NCBI GenBank assembly: GCA_903884815.1
Contig: CAISGE010000058.1
Coordinates: 6,583 to 70,582 of the forward strand
Length of the DNA: 64,000 nt
Direction: 5' to 3'
Source of the DNA: Candidatus Omnitrophota bacterium
GTDB taxonomy: Bacteria > Omnitrophota > Omnitrophia > Omnitrophales > Aquincolibacteriaceae
Shown here: positions 10,801 to 25,800 of the stretch, in pieces
How positions within the stretch are numbered: position 1 is the first letter of the stretch
How the letters are laid out: every line of letters starts with the position of its first letter
Notes under the pieces: generated by a model
Database searches by the model: none
What the model saw: the letters and a program-made list of their open reading frames with translations, nothing else
What the model was told of the DNA's origin: nothing
Translations under genes and position numbers: made by a program

Positions 10801-13800
10801 TTTCACCGGGCACTATTTCCGCCGGCCTCCGGAGAACGCCGCTCCGAGACGCACTCGAAGTCTGCTTCTGAGCCTGGCTCGCGAGCCGGGCACTCGACCG
10901 CGGTCACGCTTTCGGAGGTGCTTGCGGCTCCGGACGCCGCGATGAAATTCCAGATCCCGGATATTAAAAATCCCGGAAGGATGATCGAACTGGAGCGGAT
11001 TGTTCCGAAAGAGGACGAGCCGGTCGCGAAGCGCGAGGGATTACTGGCGGGTACTCGGCTCCTTTCTTTCAACGTGGCGGGTCTCAAGGATTCCATTCTG
11101 ACCCTGAAGTATTCCGAAGCGGATAACGTCGTTGAAGTTCTGTATATCAGCGTCCGGGGAGGGCAAGACCGAGGACTCGCCCAGTCGGTCTATCAATGGA
11201 TCGCGCGGACAGCGCCTCCCGGGCACAGGATCCTGATTTCCCCATTCAACGAACCGGCCCAGCTTGTCTTTTTGCGTTCCGTAGAGCTTGCGGGGATCGA
11301 GCTGGTGATCGACCGGAGGACATTGAATGATCGTGACATTATTGAAGCGCTGAATGTTCCTGCGGATCAAAATCAAATGGATTCTCTGGATTATCTCCGG
11401 TTGGTCCTGACGCATCCGCGACTCGAGCGGACTTTTGTGGAGGGTAGGACCCCAGACGGTGTGACCGGGATCATATTCAGGCAAAGACCCTCGGAAACTG
11501 TAAAAGCCGGGGAAGGAGATTGGTTGGCGCTTGGTCCTGGAGAAAGAACAGCGCAGGAACTCAGGATCAAGGTGCGGGGAATGCGGCCCGGCGGAAGCGT
11601 GGTCGAGGAAGCCACCGCCATCTTCAGACCCGCCGGCTATTTTGAGATCGTAGATCAGCGCGGGGACGAGATTCTTTCCGGCCGTTTATCCGTGGTTCCC
11701 GTCACGAAGATCTCCGGCAACCCCGTCCGCTCGGAGACGCGCTTGGATGAAATAGACGACTATGTACCTGAGCCCTTTGATGTCACGGTATCCGGGGTGG
11801 CGACGGCCGGGCAATTGCTCCATTTGCGGCCCATCAAGGGCTTGCGCCCGATCCTGAAAGCTTTCCCCCATGCCCGTGGGCGTTTGACGTTGCTTGACTC
11901 AAGCGACGGTACGGCGACCACAGCCGACGTGCGAAGTATCATGAGTATTCTTTTGATGACCGTCCAGCCGGGAGTGAAGATTCTGGTCGAAACGGGCGGG
12001 GAGAATGCTCAAGGCTTCTTTGATGCGATCATATCGTGGATCGAGGCAAATGATGAGAAGAGTCTACCGGTAATGATCGGGCAAAGTGCAGATATCCTGG
12101 CACTCTCGGGAGTCAAGTATGCTGCCCAGGATCCGGAAGAGCTTGCCGCAGTAAGCGCTGAGAAGATCCGGAAACTGGCCGGTGATTCTGCAAAAAATTC
12201 CGAAGGCGAGGTGCCTAACGCCTCGGTGGTTCTAAGATGGAAGAATCCCGTCTCCAGAAAAAAGGATATTCAGTTGGCAGTGGCCCCTTCCTGGATCGGG
12301 CATCTTCTTTCGCATCCCGATCTGGCGGCCGCGGCGGGGATGGCCATGACAGGAAAACCGGGAGGGCCGGATCTCAAATTGCACGGTTATTACCGCCTGC
12401 TCGTGGATTTTGACGGACACAAAAAGCTTGTTTCCATCACGATCCTTCCGGACGTAGGTGTGTTCGATGAATCTAAAAAACCGGGCGCGCCGCAGAAGGA
12501 AAGGGTGAAGGCCGAGAAGCAGTTCCGGGATGATGTGATCCTCCTTGCGCGTTTCTGCGCGAAGATGACGGAGGCCTATGGGCTGACGGAACGAGAAAAA
12601 GACGCGATCCAAGTGGACATTCTGGGTTTCGACGAATGGGCGGCGGCGCTCCGGGCGAAAGAAAGGGGAACCCCGATATCGGACGAAGATAGGGAAGAGG
12701 GCGGGGCGATTACGTTAAGTCAACTCAAGGCCCTGGCCGCCTGGCCGCTAGAAAATCCGTGGCATATCGAGAATTTCGGCGACCGCTCCGAAGTCCGCGC
12801 CCCTGAAGTATTACCGAGCGTGGCTTCCATTTATGAGCGTTTGCCGGCCGCCATCAATGAGCTTCTGGGTGAGGCGGGCCTCTCTGAGACGGAATTGGCC
12901 GCCGCTCGAAATATGACGGAACTCCTGACGGATATTTATAAGGATATGGGGCTTGCGGGTGAGGAGTTCTACCACAACATGGCCCACAACCTGGAAGTGA
13001 CTTATCTGAGTCTTTTGGCCGCCGCGGGGAGGCCGGAGGGCCCCAATGCCTGGGACGCCAAGATCCTTTTTGTGTCGTCCATGCTACATGATTTCCATGT
13101 GCGGAAACCCCATATGAATCCGCCGGTGGTCGAACAGACACTCCGACAACTGAAGCCTGTATTTCATAACGAACCGGCCGTGGGTCTTGAGGCGGCGGAT
13201 GTCCCTGTTTACGAAGCCTTGTTTACCACCGAACGCCAGGCTGCGCTCAAAGCGGCTCTGGCAGGAGTTCTTGGAGATGTTCCGCTGCTCGAGGCAGTGC
13301 CGGCGATCGAGGCGATCATCCGCCGATCCGACTTTGATCCCAGCCCCGTGGAATCGGAAAATATTTCGGCCCGGTTCCTTCAGGCGCTATACAAGATCCC
13401 GGCGGGTTCTCAGCAGAGGCATGTGGTGAACCTGGCCTGGCTGATGCAGATGATCGACTATGCCGGGTTCTATTGTCTTCTCGATCAGGAAGCGGTCCTT
13501 CAGAAGGTCATTCCCGGACTGGCTAACGAAAAGGGAGCCGATAAGGCCAGCGCAGAAGGAACTTATCGCTATTTTCTAAAACTCAAGCTTGCTTCCGGTG
13601 ATAATGAGGGTGATACGGCGCTTGCGATCGTCCGTCTTCTTCCCGAGGTTTTTAGGCGAAATCTTTTATCGAGTTTCGCATCGTTTGCTGCCCTGAGCAA
13701 GGCGTCTGATAGCTGGAAGGCAAAGGAGCCGGAAGTCTGTGCGAAATTGGGAGTTGAGATGTATGAAACCCGGATTCCGGAATATCGCGTTTGGGTCCGA

Positions 13801-16800
13801 TTGATCGAAGCGGAGATCCGGGAGAGTCCTCTCGAGATGTGGGAGGGCATGAAGGAAAGCTTCGTGAGTGGAATCTATGAGGGTCGTAGGGTGTTACCGG
13901 ATGACCTGGTTTCTTTTCTAAAAGCGTTCGCGGAATCCCATTTAAAACTTCTGACGTCTGCTGCGGCACCCGGCGGAGAATCCCAAGTGCCGGAATCTTC
14001 GGAAAAGGGAAACATCCTCAAAAACATCCGCGCCATCCGCGACCATCTTTGGAAATTCTTTGATTCAGGGCAATATCCTGATCCCGAAATCCATAGAACG
14101 ATCCTTAAGCTGAATGCAATCCTTCGATCAGAATCGCGCACCCCTCCCGAAGGGAAGGCGCCCGGTAAGACGGTCTGGGACCGGGTCAAGACCGTGTTTG
14201 TCTGGGCTATGTGGATCACGGGCGGAGTCCTCTGTCTCGGAATTCCCTTGGCGGGGATCATTCTCTACCACTGGGATAAGGGGCTTTCGGGAGTACCGAT
14301 GGGGTTGTATCTCGGGGGCGCCTGTCTCGCCATAGGGGATTCGTTTTTCTTTGAGAGAATCGTGGAACGGTGGCAGAAGAGGATCACGTCCTATTTCGAG
14401 ACGCGCCTGATGCACTGGATGAGGCAGCATGAGCCCTCTTTGTGGTACTTGATCCTGAGTTATAAAACAGACGACGCGAAAGATCGTCTCCTGAAGATCT
14501 ACCGGGATAGGTTTTTCCGAAAATCCTCTTTTGAGAAATACATGAATGCCGTGAACAAAGTTCTGGAGTCGATACGTGCGGTCCATCCGGATTTGTGGGT
14601 CGACGTCCTGGCCTTGCTGAACGGGGGATTGCTTTACGATGAGTATGGCCGCGGGGAAAAGGACATGGGGATTGTTCGCGATCTCGTGACGGATGACATC
14701 TTGTTTGGCGATCTTAAGCCAAAGCCTGAGGCGCCGGAGGTTGTCGAGTTTATTGCTTCGGGTCTTTCAAGGGATTTTGGGCGCATAAAATTCGGCGATG
14801 ACCCTTTCTCGAGCACCGACCATGAGAAATTCATCTCTCTCTTTAACCGTCTCCCCAAGCACTTTGGGATCAGGGTTCTGCGGTTTGGGAAAAACAAATA
14901 TGCTCTGGGGGTCAGCCTCATTGAGGCGCACGGTCCCGAATACCGTTGGCCTCTGATAAAGCAATGGGGGAAAATCTTCATTAACCGGACGGCACTCGCC
15001 ACCTCTCTCGTCGAGACGCCAAGTGTGAAGCCCACGGCCATTTCCAGGGAGAGAGAAAGATTTTCCCCTGACCGTTTGCCCGAGTCCGTAAAGTTGAAAG
15101 AAGGAAACACGAGGCTGGTCTACTTAGCGTTTCCTTATCCGGATGAAGGGAACTATCCTTCCCCGGACGCTCAAGGGCCGCTTTATCCGCGCGGTCTACG
15201 AGGGCGGCCTTCGGAGAACATTTCGGACCATATTTTCTTTGAGCTAGGGGACGGGAAAATTCTCCCGAAATATAGCACGGACGATGAGGCGCCGGCTTAT
15301 GCCGTCGTGATCGATCTCCCCGCGGACCTGGCAAAACAGGCCCTTCTGATGGAAGCCCACGATGTGCCGGCGCCGGACGCAAAAGGTCAATTAACATTCG
15401 ATCCCGCTTTCGCGAATTTGGCGTTTTTGTTTTCCGAGAAGAGCAAACCGAACATCATCGGAGTGATCGACCGCGCGACGCTTGAATTCATACCCAATGA
15501 GAGTCGCTCGGAAGCGCGTCCCGGTGTTGTTCGTGATCCTCAACAGGTTGTTGCTTATGTTAATGAAATCTTGAAGCGTTTTCCGGATTCTCTGGCTTCA
15601 GAATGGAAGGCTCGTTTAGAAGGATTCAGAACATTCAGCCCCGCTCCGGGGCGCTATGAGGGAATGGTTGCTGAGTTGAAAGAATTCACAGTAGCGCTCA
15701 ATGATAGCGTCATGAAGGCGCGCGGGTCAGCAGGCTTTCAAGCGGTTCTTCCCGTCGTGATCGATCTGGACGGTTTTGTGAGCGCGCTTCCTCGCTCTGA
15801 GATGCACAGTTCTACTTCTGGTTCCGGGAATCAGAGGTTGGATGCCTACGAGACGAAGGGCGGAAGGACCACCGTCGCGAAGAAACTTTTGAAGGTCGGG
15901 CTCTGGGCGGGGCTCCCGCCCGTGATTGCCGCGGTGATCGTTAATTTTGCGGCTCTTTTCTATCTGAAACACCACGAGGAGCGTGTTTATCCCGGGGACG
16001 GTTTTGAGCTGGGTGTTTATCCCTACGCTCAAGTTGACGGTAAGAATATTTTCTACGTTTCCAACGGGCCGCTCTACGGAGAGAGCACGAAAATAAAAGG
16101 GGAGCGTTTCAATATCGGCCTCGTCCGCTCCATGGGGAAAACAATCAATATCTACAACCCGAACGCTTCTGGCAGCGCACAGCAAAAAGCCATCTTTCTG
16201 AAAAACAAATCGGGCGAGATCCGCATTATTGCCGCGGCTGATTTTTCTGCCGAGAAATACCCCTTAGAAGATTGGCCGGATGCGTTCCAGGCAGGTCCCC
16301 TGGCCGTCATTGACGGAAAGATCAATGAGAGTATTTATTCCTGGAATGAATCTCATGACGGACGCAAGGTTTTTATCGGCGTGGACGCCACCCAAAGAAA
16401 TTTGTTCGTGCTTGAGCTCTATGGGAATGATGCCGCCGGCTATACAGCTCCCGGGACGAAAGAATTTAAGATGAAAGTCGAAAGATTTGTCCACGGTCAC
16501 GCGATCCTCGACGGCATGTGGACCGATGGCGGCACCATGGGTAAAGAACCGGGCCAAAGGAAGCCTGTCACAGTCCTTGGCGGAAAGCTCATCCCTCAAG
16601 CGGGTCCTCGCAACGAGAGACGCTTGAATCCTATTGATTCAAGCAATTCCAAACGGACATGGATCCTGGGTTCGGTCATTGCGGCTCTGGCGATTGGAAT
16701 GCTGATCGTTAAGGTCGTGGAGCCTTCTTCCTCTGAGAAAGAAGCGGAACTTCGCAGGAACGGGGAGCACAGTCAAACAATCGTGCCGGCCCCTTTGGAA

Positions 16801-19800
16801 GGCGGACCTCAGGTGACTCGGAGAGCGCCGAGACAGGTGAACGTCCCCTATGATGACGCGACTTTGCAGGAGATCAAAAAAGTCAAAAAAGACGTCGCTT
16901 CGCAGTTCGGCATGACGGTTGACGGCTATCCCAGGCCGTTCAAAAAATTTCTCGACGAATATCTGGGGAGCCGGTATCTCGCGAATCCCAAGGATCCACT
17001 CCTCCTCACGAAGGACCTCCCGACTTTGTGCGAGCATGCGTTGAAGAATCACCCGCAGCTGATATGGGAACCTGGAAATCGTCCTCTCCCGAGAGCAGGC
17101 GAGATCGTTATCGAAGAAAACATTTCAGAGTTAGAGCCCCTTCGCCTTTCGAACGGAGACATCATACAGACCGCTATCCCCACGATCTACCTCAACTACA
17201 AGGAAATCATGCCATTGGAAAATGTCCCGGAGCCCGGGGGTCCACGCTCTGAGATGCGGCGGAAGCGGGAGACTCTGACTTCCGCGTCGAATCCCGAGGA
17301 GATCGTCGCCGGAGGACGCGTTGCGTCGCGCCGGGAATTTCAAAAAGCCATTGAAGGATCAGCGCGAACAAAGATTGTAGGCCCTCAATGGATGCGCTAC
17401 CGGAAACTTGAAAATGCGGCGGACGCTTCACGGTTTTTGAAAAACGGCAAAGTTGATATCCTGGAAACGAAACAGTGGGGAGGACCCTATATTTCTTCCC
17501 CCAGCCCCGGATTCCTTCATCCTATTTTCGCGGATGTCCGCGAGAAGACCCATTTGGTGGTTGAGTTGACGCCGTCTGCTGTGGAGAAAGCGGGCTATGT
17601 GGGAGCTCCGGGGGCCTCCGGAGAATTTTTCCTGAGAGATGTGGAGCGTGCCTGGATCGTCAAGGATGAGGAGAGTGGCCGGATCCGCTATCAGGAGGTC
17701 CGGCTCGTGGGCGATAGGATGCTGGCCCGGGCCATCCGTTACTGGATACAGAACTGGAAAGAAAAAATTACGGAGATCCTGGACTCGTGGCGGAAGGTCC
17801 TTGGGGAGGATGAAATGAACGCCCTGTTTGAAAAACTCAAGGCCGAGGGGGGGATTCCTAAAGGTATCACGATCGATGCGAAAGCGGATGCGGCGGGAGG
17901 GGTGCTGATCGATATCCGTCGTAGAACCACACGGGATCGGCCTGTGACCCTGCTTCGGTTTAAACCGCAGTGGATCGCGGATCCGGAGGACAAGGATATG
18001 CAGATCCAGGTCCCCGGTCAGCGGATCACGAGGATCTTCGCGGGTGGCGGGAAGCTTTACGTGGAATATTTAAGTTCAAGGGAGCTTTTCCCGGAACGGC
18101 GCTACAGGGTCGTGGATCTTAAAGATCCTCGTGAGATGAAATCGGAAGATCTGAGCCAGGCAGAACTTGGCGCGAAATCTCCGGAGATCCTGAAAATCTT
18201 CAGGCCTTCGCGTCAGGGATTCAAGAAAATCTATTCTGAAAGTAAGAAGCACCAACTCTGGGTGGAAGCGGTCCTTGGGTTGGGTGCTGTGGGCGCCTTG
18301 TTCGACCGGTTCCTGACCCCGGAAACCGTCAACGCTGTTGTTCTGTGGGCCAAGCCGGTCTTTTATGATCTTTATAACAAAACCAGCAGGGATCCTGTCT
18401 ATTTTTGGATGGGGGCCTACCTTGCATTCGCGATCGGTGGTCTTGCGTACCACGCCGGTCTCTTTGGCGTGATTTTTGAATATATTCGTCTGCCATTTGG
18501 ATTGATGGCCATGGGGATCAGATTTGTCGCGGCAGGCGGAGCGTACCTGCTTGAGACCATCACCTATGTCACCCCAATTCCGGATAGCCTCTACGATCTC
18601 GGGTTCATGAACCGTTCTCCGGACGCGGGGGATATTGAAAAACTGAGATCGACCGAGTCAATGTCCGGTAATCCTGCGGGAATACTGGGAATTAAGACAG
18701 GTGGGGAGCGCTCCGAGACGCGCTTGCAAGCCAATCTTGCGATCTCGGATGTCGAGGCCTCCCAACTTGCTCGTGAGGTCAGCAATATCCTCGGGCAAGG
18801 AACAACCCTGCTCAGAAAAGAAACCATTAAAATCAACGATCAATCCTTTGACGTGGAAGCGACCGAGGAGATGATGCCTTTAAATAATGAGGAAATATAT
18901 AAGCAGCCTGTCTATGCAAACAGAATTACCCGGATCGGTTCTTTCGTGTTTGTGATTCCGCCGCATGGTGAGACCCGAGAGGAAATCGAGCAACAGTTTG
19001 CAAAGCTGCGCAAGAGTTCGGATCTGTTCCGGAATTATGAGGGGAATGTTCTGGTCGTGGAGGGCACAGCGTTCGATTACGCGGACGAGCACATGATTCA
19101 TCCGCAGACGCGTTTTGCGATCGCTCTTATGCTGAGTGAGGCGAAGGCGTTACGGGGCGAGGTGTTTGAAGATTACGGCACGGGTCCCGGGATTCTTTCG
19201 CGGGTGGCGTTCCGTCTGGGTGCCAGAAAAGGGATCATGTATGAAAAGGAACGCGGCGCGCTTAAACTGGCGCGAGCACATCTCAACGCTGAAGGGCTGA
19301 GGGAGGATACGGATTTTTTCATCGTGCGGCAGGATCTTTTGAGCACGCAAAACGCCGGTTCTTTATTAAAACGCCTTGGGAGGCTCTTCGGTTTCGGCCT
19401 TCAGAGGGATGCCGAACTGCGGGACGCACAAAACGAAGCCAGCATCGCGCTGATCAATATCGGACCTGAGTACGGGGAAGTGAATTATCAGGCAGACAGC
19501 CTGGCCTCAAGTCATCCCGGGGAGAGGCTTCTCATCAACACGGGCTATCTGCTCGCCGAACCCGCCGATGTGGCGATGCAGAAACAGCAGATAGAGAATG
19601 CGACCCTTTTGCTAAAGAAGGACGGTTGGAAGGTGGATCGGGTTGAGTTGCCGGAAGGCTATGCCGCATTGGTGGCTCGGCGCCAGTCTCAAAATCAGCG
19701 AAACGAAATGCGAGCGGAGAAGTATGCAGTGAAGATACCCGGAGCTGGAAACGGCCGGACCACGGAGGTCTGGTTGGATGGCGAGTTGGCTTTGGCATTG

Positions 19801-22800
19801 AGGAATATGCCGGCGGGAACGTCGGTCACTCTTTGGGGAAGTGCCGCCGTTGCGATGCTTCTGGCGCAACGGGGCCCGTTAGCGGCTCATCGATTAGGGG
19901 ATTTTATCGGAGATGTGGATCTCGTTATCCATCACGGGGATGAATCAGCGATCCGGTCTGCTTTCCTGCGTGCGGGGGAACAGGCTCAAGAGAAGCCTCT
20001 CTCCGTAAGTATCCATGAACCATCACTGCTCGATAAATTGCATAACACAATGCATTTTACAGCTTACGATTTGCCTCTTCGCATCACTGTGGGAGAAGAT
20101 CGTCAGCTTACGATCGAATTTGACACCCAGCCTGCAACGGCGACGGGGCAGGAATCTCGGGAACGTGATATTTCTGCGTATCTCGAAGATCTGCTCAATA
20201 AGAGATTAGTGACACCGTGGCCCGCTATGAGCATCGAGGATGCTATCCGGGGTGTGCGCGCGATGCTCGTGTTCGGTCTCATGCCTGATAAAGTCGAGCT
20301 CCAGAAGATAAAGGACGTATTGACGGTCGAGGAACCATGGATTGGAAAATCTGCTTTTCTCCGGGACCTTGATCGGGCGGGGAGCGACGGGTTGGCACTT
20401 TTGAAGGATCAGGGATTGCTGGATACCCGTCTCAAAGAGTGGCTTATCGGCCGCTCCCCCACAGAGTTCCCCGAGAAGCGAAACGAAATGAGGGTGGTTG
20501 AAGCAGCGCAGATCGAGAATTTACTCCGGGAAGAGAGACATCCGTTTGAGTATTACATTGAAGACCCGGTGCTGGCTTATCCGATCGACGAAGCGCCCGC
20601 CTGGATCCTCGATCATCTGAAGCTAGCGAATATGTTGGTCTTTCCGCAGACCCAAGGTGCACCTTTCACGAATCCCGCAGGCGAAAGCCTGGCCGGATTC
20701 TATGTGATGCTGAAGTTCCGCAACGGCGATATCAATCCGTATCTCGTGGGGCATGATTATTTTGAAAGGGAATATTCGGGGGAAGAAGATCCCGTGAAGC
20801 GTGAGAACTTTATCGACGACAACGGTTTGAAGACGGGCGGGCTGGATTTTGGGGAAAAAACGCCGCTTTTCCAGAAACGGCATCCCGTGAAACTATTCAA
20901 GATGTCGGAACTCCCTAATTACCCGGTTTGGGAGAACATAAGCATTCGACATCCCAATGGCGTCCTTCAGGAAAAACCGGCCGGGGAAGACGCCTATATT
21001 TTGCAAGATATGGATGGAAAGATCGAAATGACACCGGGGGACATTCCCTCCGGTTACCAGTCCCTTAAGCTGATCAATCAGGACCGGTTGGCTCTCGAGG
21101 GATTCACCGTGGGGAAACCGCTGACAGATATGGCGATCCAGGGGGTTAAATCCTTGGGTCAGGGAGGATCCTCACGGGTCTATCCCATGAAGGGAATGCC
21201 CGGATTCGTTTTGAGGCTTCCGCTCCCGGGGCTGAGTGTTTCCGAAATAAATCAGGCGGAGGAGGAACTTTTTACTCAAGCGAAATTAATGGAGCTATTC
21301 AACAAGGACGGCGGGATCGAGACGCTGTCGGCTTTGGATAAAATGGGAACAATGGACAATGGGACACTCTACATGGTGCGTTCGGGGCCATGGAAGGCGT
21401 ATACGATGGAGAGTGGCGAAGCGGAGAAGATCCCTCCCGTTGAGAAAGTCCGGATCCTCAGGCTGATGCTGGAAACGCTTGCGTGGGTCCACCGCCATGG
21501 TTTCCATGGAGATATCAAACCTGAAAATATCCTTGTCGAGGAAGGGACCCTGGAGCCCAAGTTGAACGATTTTTCGGCCGTTCGGGCTACGAATATCCAT
21601 GACCCGGGGAGCTATCGCATTGTCGGAGAAACCGCCGGCTATTCGCCTACGGATATTTTGGGGCCTGTTTATGAGGACTTGCCGATAAATCCCGCCTGGG
21701 ATATTCACGCATTTGCGCGGACGATCCTGGCGATATTGAGTGCCCCCCCGGAGGCCGACACGGGATATAGCCGTATTGAAAATGTGATCTGGCGTATGAA
21801 AAAGTACGGCAATTACAAACTTTTCGAAGCGGATCTCCTGGGAGATCTGCTCGGTGAGACACTGCCCGGGATCGGATTAAGCCCCGTGTGGGATCAATTT
21901 CTCATGTCGACGATCGCATGGAGGTTTGTTTCCTCCGCAAGGTCGCAAAGGCAAACCGTTCCCAAGGCTCAATGGCAGGGGGTTCTGAATCAGGCATTGT
22001 CGATCAGGATGCGCCCCGAGGATTATCAGCCCTACCGGGCGAGGCTGGATGGGGAGACTCAGGCGCTTGTCGACAAACTACTGCGCGGTGAAACCATGAC
22101 CGACAGGGAGATCGTTCATATAAACCGCAGGGTTTTAGAGCTCTCTTCTCCGGACCAGATCGCGAAGGCCCCAAAACCAGAGGTGGACGGGAATGTGGAT
22201 CTCTTCCTAGAAAAGATCCCGCAGGCCCAGAAGGAGGCCCTGAGGCCGCTGATCCAATTGGCGCTGACGCGGGGTTACGAGGTTCTTCCCGAAGGCTACT
22301 CCGCGCAGAAATTCCTTGAGGAATTTGATGCGGCGACAAAGGTGCTTTTCCCGGATGGAGCGCCCTTCGTCCACGGGCTCAGGCAACGCGCCGAGATCCG
22401 TTCCCCCGAACAGATCCCGGAATTAGTGCGGGGCCAGGCCCCAACAACTTCTGGAATTAAAGAGGGTGAAAACCGCGCCGAAACGCGGACGAGCTCTGTA
22501 ATGTCGAGGCGCAATTTTTTGAAAGGGGCAGTAGTAGCCGCTTCTGTAGCTGCTCTTCCAACCCCAGGTTTGGCTTTTAGTAGTTCTCCGGCTCAAACCA
22601 CGGCCAAAGTTATAGTGCCTATTTTGCCGGAGAACGGATTTTACGATGATGAAGGGTTTTCCTTTGTTGATATTTATGATATGGATCGAAGTGCCGATTC
22701 TGCCCAGGATCGTGAGAAACTGTACGCTCCGCGACTTTATGCCTATAAAAATGGGGAAGCCTATCGAGTTCTTGAGAGTGGCGAAAGAGTCCGGTCGGAT

Positions 22801-25800
22801 TTTTGGACGGAAAATATTAAAAATAGAGGTCGCTTTACCTCTCTGCCGATTTTAATTCCGCAACATATCAAAGAAGCCGGCCTGTTTCCAAGTAAGGCTG
22901 AGACAGACGATGAGGATTGGTTGCTCGCGCAAGTGCGGGATCATACCCGCTGGGCCGCCGGTGCGGTTTATTCTCTTTTGCGCAGCGCATCGCCAAGGAT
23001 AATGGAAAGTCTCACGGATCTCATGGCGGCTGAAGACCCGTCGCCGAAGCTTGCTATCGCCCGCGAATTAGGGCGAACGGATTGGTGGCGGTCGGATGCC
23101 GGGGAGTTCTCCGACCGTTCCCGTATAGTTGGTCTCAGGTCGCAGAGGTTCACGGACGCATATATCGATTACGTCAAACATCATGGCCGGGGGAAAGACA
23201 TCTATGGTCACGATGCTGTTGAGTATTTTTCTCGGTACCTCAGGAACCGTTTTAAATACACTCAGGCGGGGTCACGTTATGTGATAGGTCCCCGTTCCCA
23301 TTTTTACGCAACGAGCCAACCCGGTCTTACGCCTACCAACATCAAGGCCCTTATGGATATCATATTTAAACAAAAATTCTATGAGATCATTCCGGCCCTG
23401 TACTTCAACGACGTTGGCGGGTTTCTGGGAGAGTTTTCGACGAAGGAGAATTCGGCTCCCTTGGACACGAAAGCAAGACCTGAAGGAATTCAGCGCGAAT
23501 ACGGCGTTGCCCCCGAAGAATGGGAGGTATGGTTTTTGAGAGGGACATATGAGGGGTGTCATTGGATGAGAAACAATGGTGCCAAGGAATGGGAACAGGA
23601 GTGGTCGCGAGTGCATGATAACGTGTATTTTGATGAGCGGTCTGACCGGAATCGGGATGACGTAATCAGGCTGGTGAAAAATCCGGATAAATCCATGGAA
23701 GTCAGGGAACTCGCGCTTGAGCTAACCGTGATGAGCGGAAGTGTCCCCTCCTTTGATCTTTTGGATGATATCCTTTCGGGCCGGCAGTGCCCCGAACTTC
23801 AAGATACGTCCCGCCGGCTCAATCAGATTTACGCTTTCCGCAGGCCCGGCGTCACTGACCACGTCCTATTCTCTGTTGCTAATAATCATTGGGTCCAGGG
23901 GATCCTTGCGGTGGGCGGCGGCGCGGCTGTGTATTTTATCGGGCGCAAGATATGGCGGGATTTGTCGGACAGGGGTTCGGGATATCCGAGGACCCGAACC
24001 ATCTGGGACCGCCCCCCTTTCTCTGAGCGGCTCCGGCGATGGGCTGAGAATTTGTGGATAGACGCTCGAAATAAGGTTGCTGACCTGTGGAATAAGGCGG
24101 TCGGAGTTGCTGAAATAATTAATCAGAAGTTCTTGAAAATGAAACTGCAGGCGTTCGCTTTTTGGCTGCAGCCTAAAATGTTTGCAAGAGAACGTGGCGT
24201 ACCTGCTTTGATCGGGATGGCGGCCTACGGAATTTTTGCCGTTAGAAATCGGATCGCTGAGTTTAACCGGTCTGTAAGTCATGTTTTTTACCGTTTCGCT
24301 ATTTCCGGATGGGTGAACCGGAGGGTAAACATATTCTTTGATCGGAATCAACCCGTCCAAGAGCAGATCCAAGGGGCCTTTAACCGGTTTGCCGGAACAT
24401 TAGGCGAGCATCCAGAACCCACCTTTATCCGCGTGACCCTTCCCGAACTTAAAGAGAGAAAAAAGTTTAGGCGCGGATTTGAGCAGAATTCGCTGGATGT
24501 CGCAAAGATCCTGATGCGAAGTTTTAAATATTTTGAGAAAGATTATATCGCCTTGTTGAAGCGTAGCCCCGAAGTGATCGAGTTTGTTTTTCTGGATGAT
24601 CCGAGTAGTCCCGCAGGATGGGTTCAGATGGACGCTTCGGCCGTTCATATCAATCTGCATGGTTTGGATGTTGCAAAATGGGGTACCGATATCGAGAAGG
24701 TCAGCGGGACCCTGAGGCATGAGATTTTCCACAAACTTGATTTTCATCATCGCGTTTTCACACAGCCTGAATGGTTTCAAGCCGTGCGTGAAGCCGGTTT
24801 CGACGGTTTTTTTGACGGCGACAAGTACCTTCCTCTTGATGAAATAGAAAGGAGCACGGGATTCGTGCCTGCCGCTTCAGACACAGAAATGCCGGGCATT
24901 CTCCAGGGTGACGGCACGGTTGATCTATTTCAGGTGGTTGATGCCGATGGCAACACCGTCCAGCGCGGTTGGCGGGACTTTGTCGATCATGTTTATGCCC
25001 GGATGCGCAAAGCGAATTATCGGTCTTGGGTGCATCAGGGCGCTGACGGGGAAAAACGTGTTTATACGAATCTGATGACTTATCTGATGGAATCATTCTT
25101 GTTTCCTCAAGAAATGAAAACTTGGGAAAAACGCGTGGAGGAGGAGGGTTTCAAGGTTCACGTGACGTTCTCCGAGCCGGAAGCCTATCGTTTTTTTACC
25201 CCGCATGAATATTTGGCTGAATTTGCCATGGCCTATTTTGAGAAAGGTGCAGACCGCAAAAAGATCGTCCAGGAATGGGCCGGCGGAGCTTACTTGGATC
25301 GATTACTTCAAAAAATCATGAGCGAGAAAGCGGGTATTACGCTCGCGTCAGATCGCCGGACAGAGGCGCAGATTTCAGAGAAGGCCGTGACCTCAGAAAA
25401 GAGCCCCGCTCAGGGAATGCCCGGGGAGCTCCTCGCTGTAGGTCGTCCCGAGATCCGTTCCCCCGGTCAATTCCCGGAATTAGTGCGGGTCCGGGCCCCA
25501 ATAACTTCTGGAATTAAAGAGGGTGAAAAACGCGCCGAGACGCGGAGCGGGAATGCAGGGAACCCGGTGACGGAAGAGGCAATCCCGGCGGAGGCTTTTA
25601 AAAAGCTTCACGAGTTGATCGATGATCCAAAAGTGACGGGCCAGTATCGCGTCCGGCACAAGTTCCTGGACGGTGAGAGCGTTCTCGGCTCGGGACACAT
25701 GTTCCCCGTATTTATGCATCGTTATTCGGATGAAGAGACCATCAAAACCGCCTGTCTCCGGGTGGGGAGTCTGCTAGTCGTTTCAGACGAATATTTGAAT

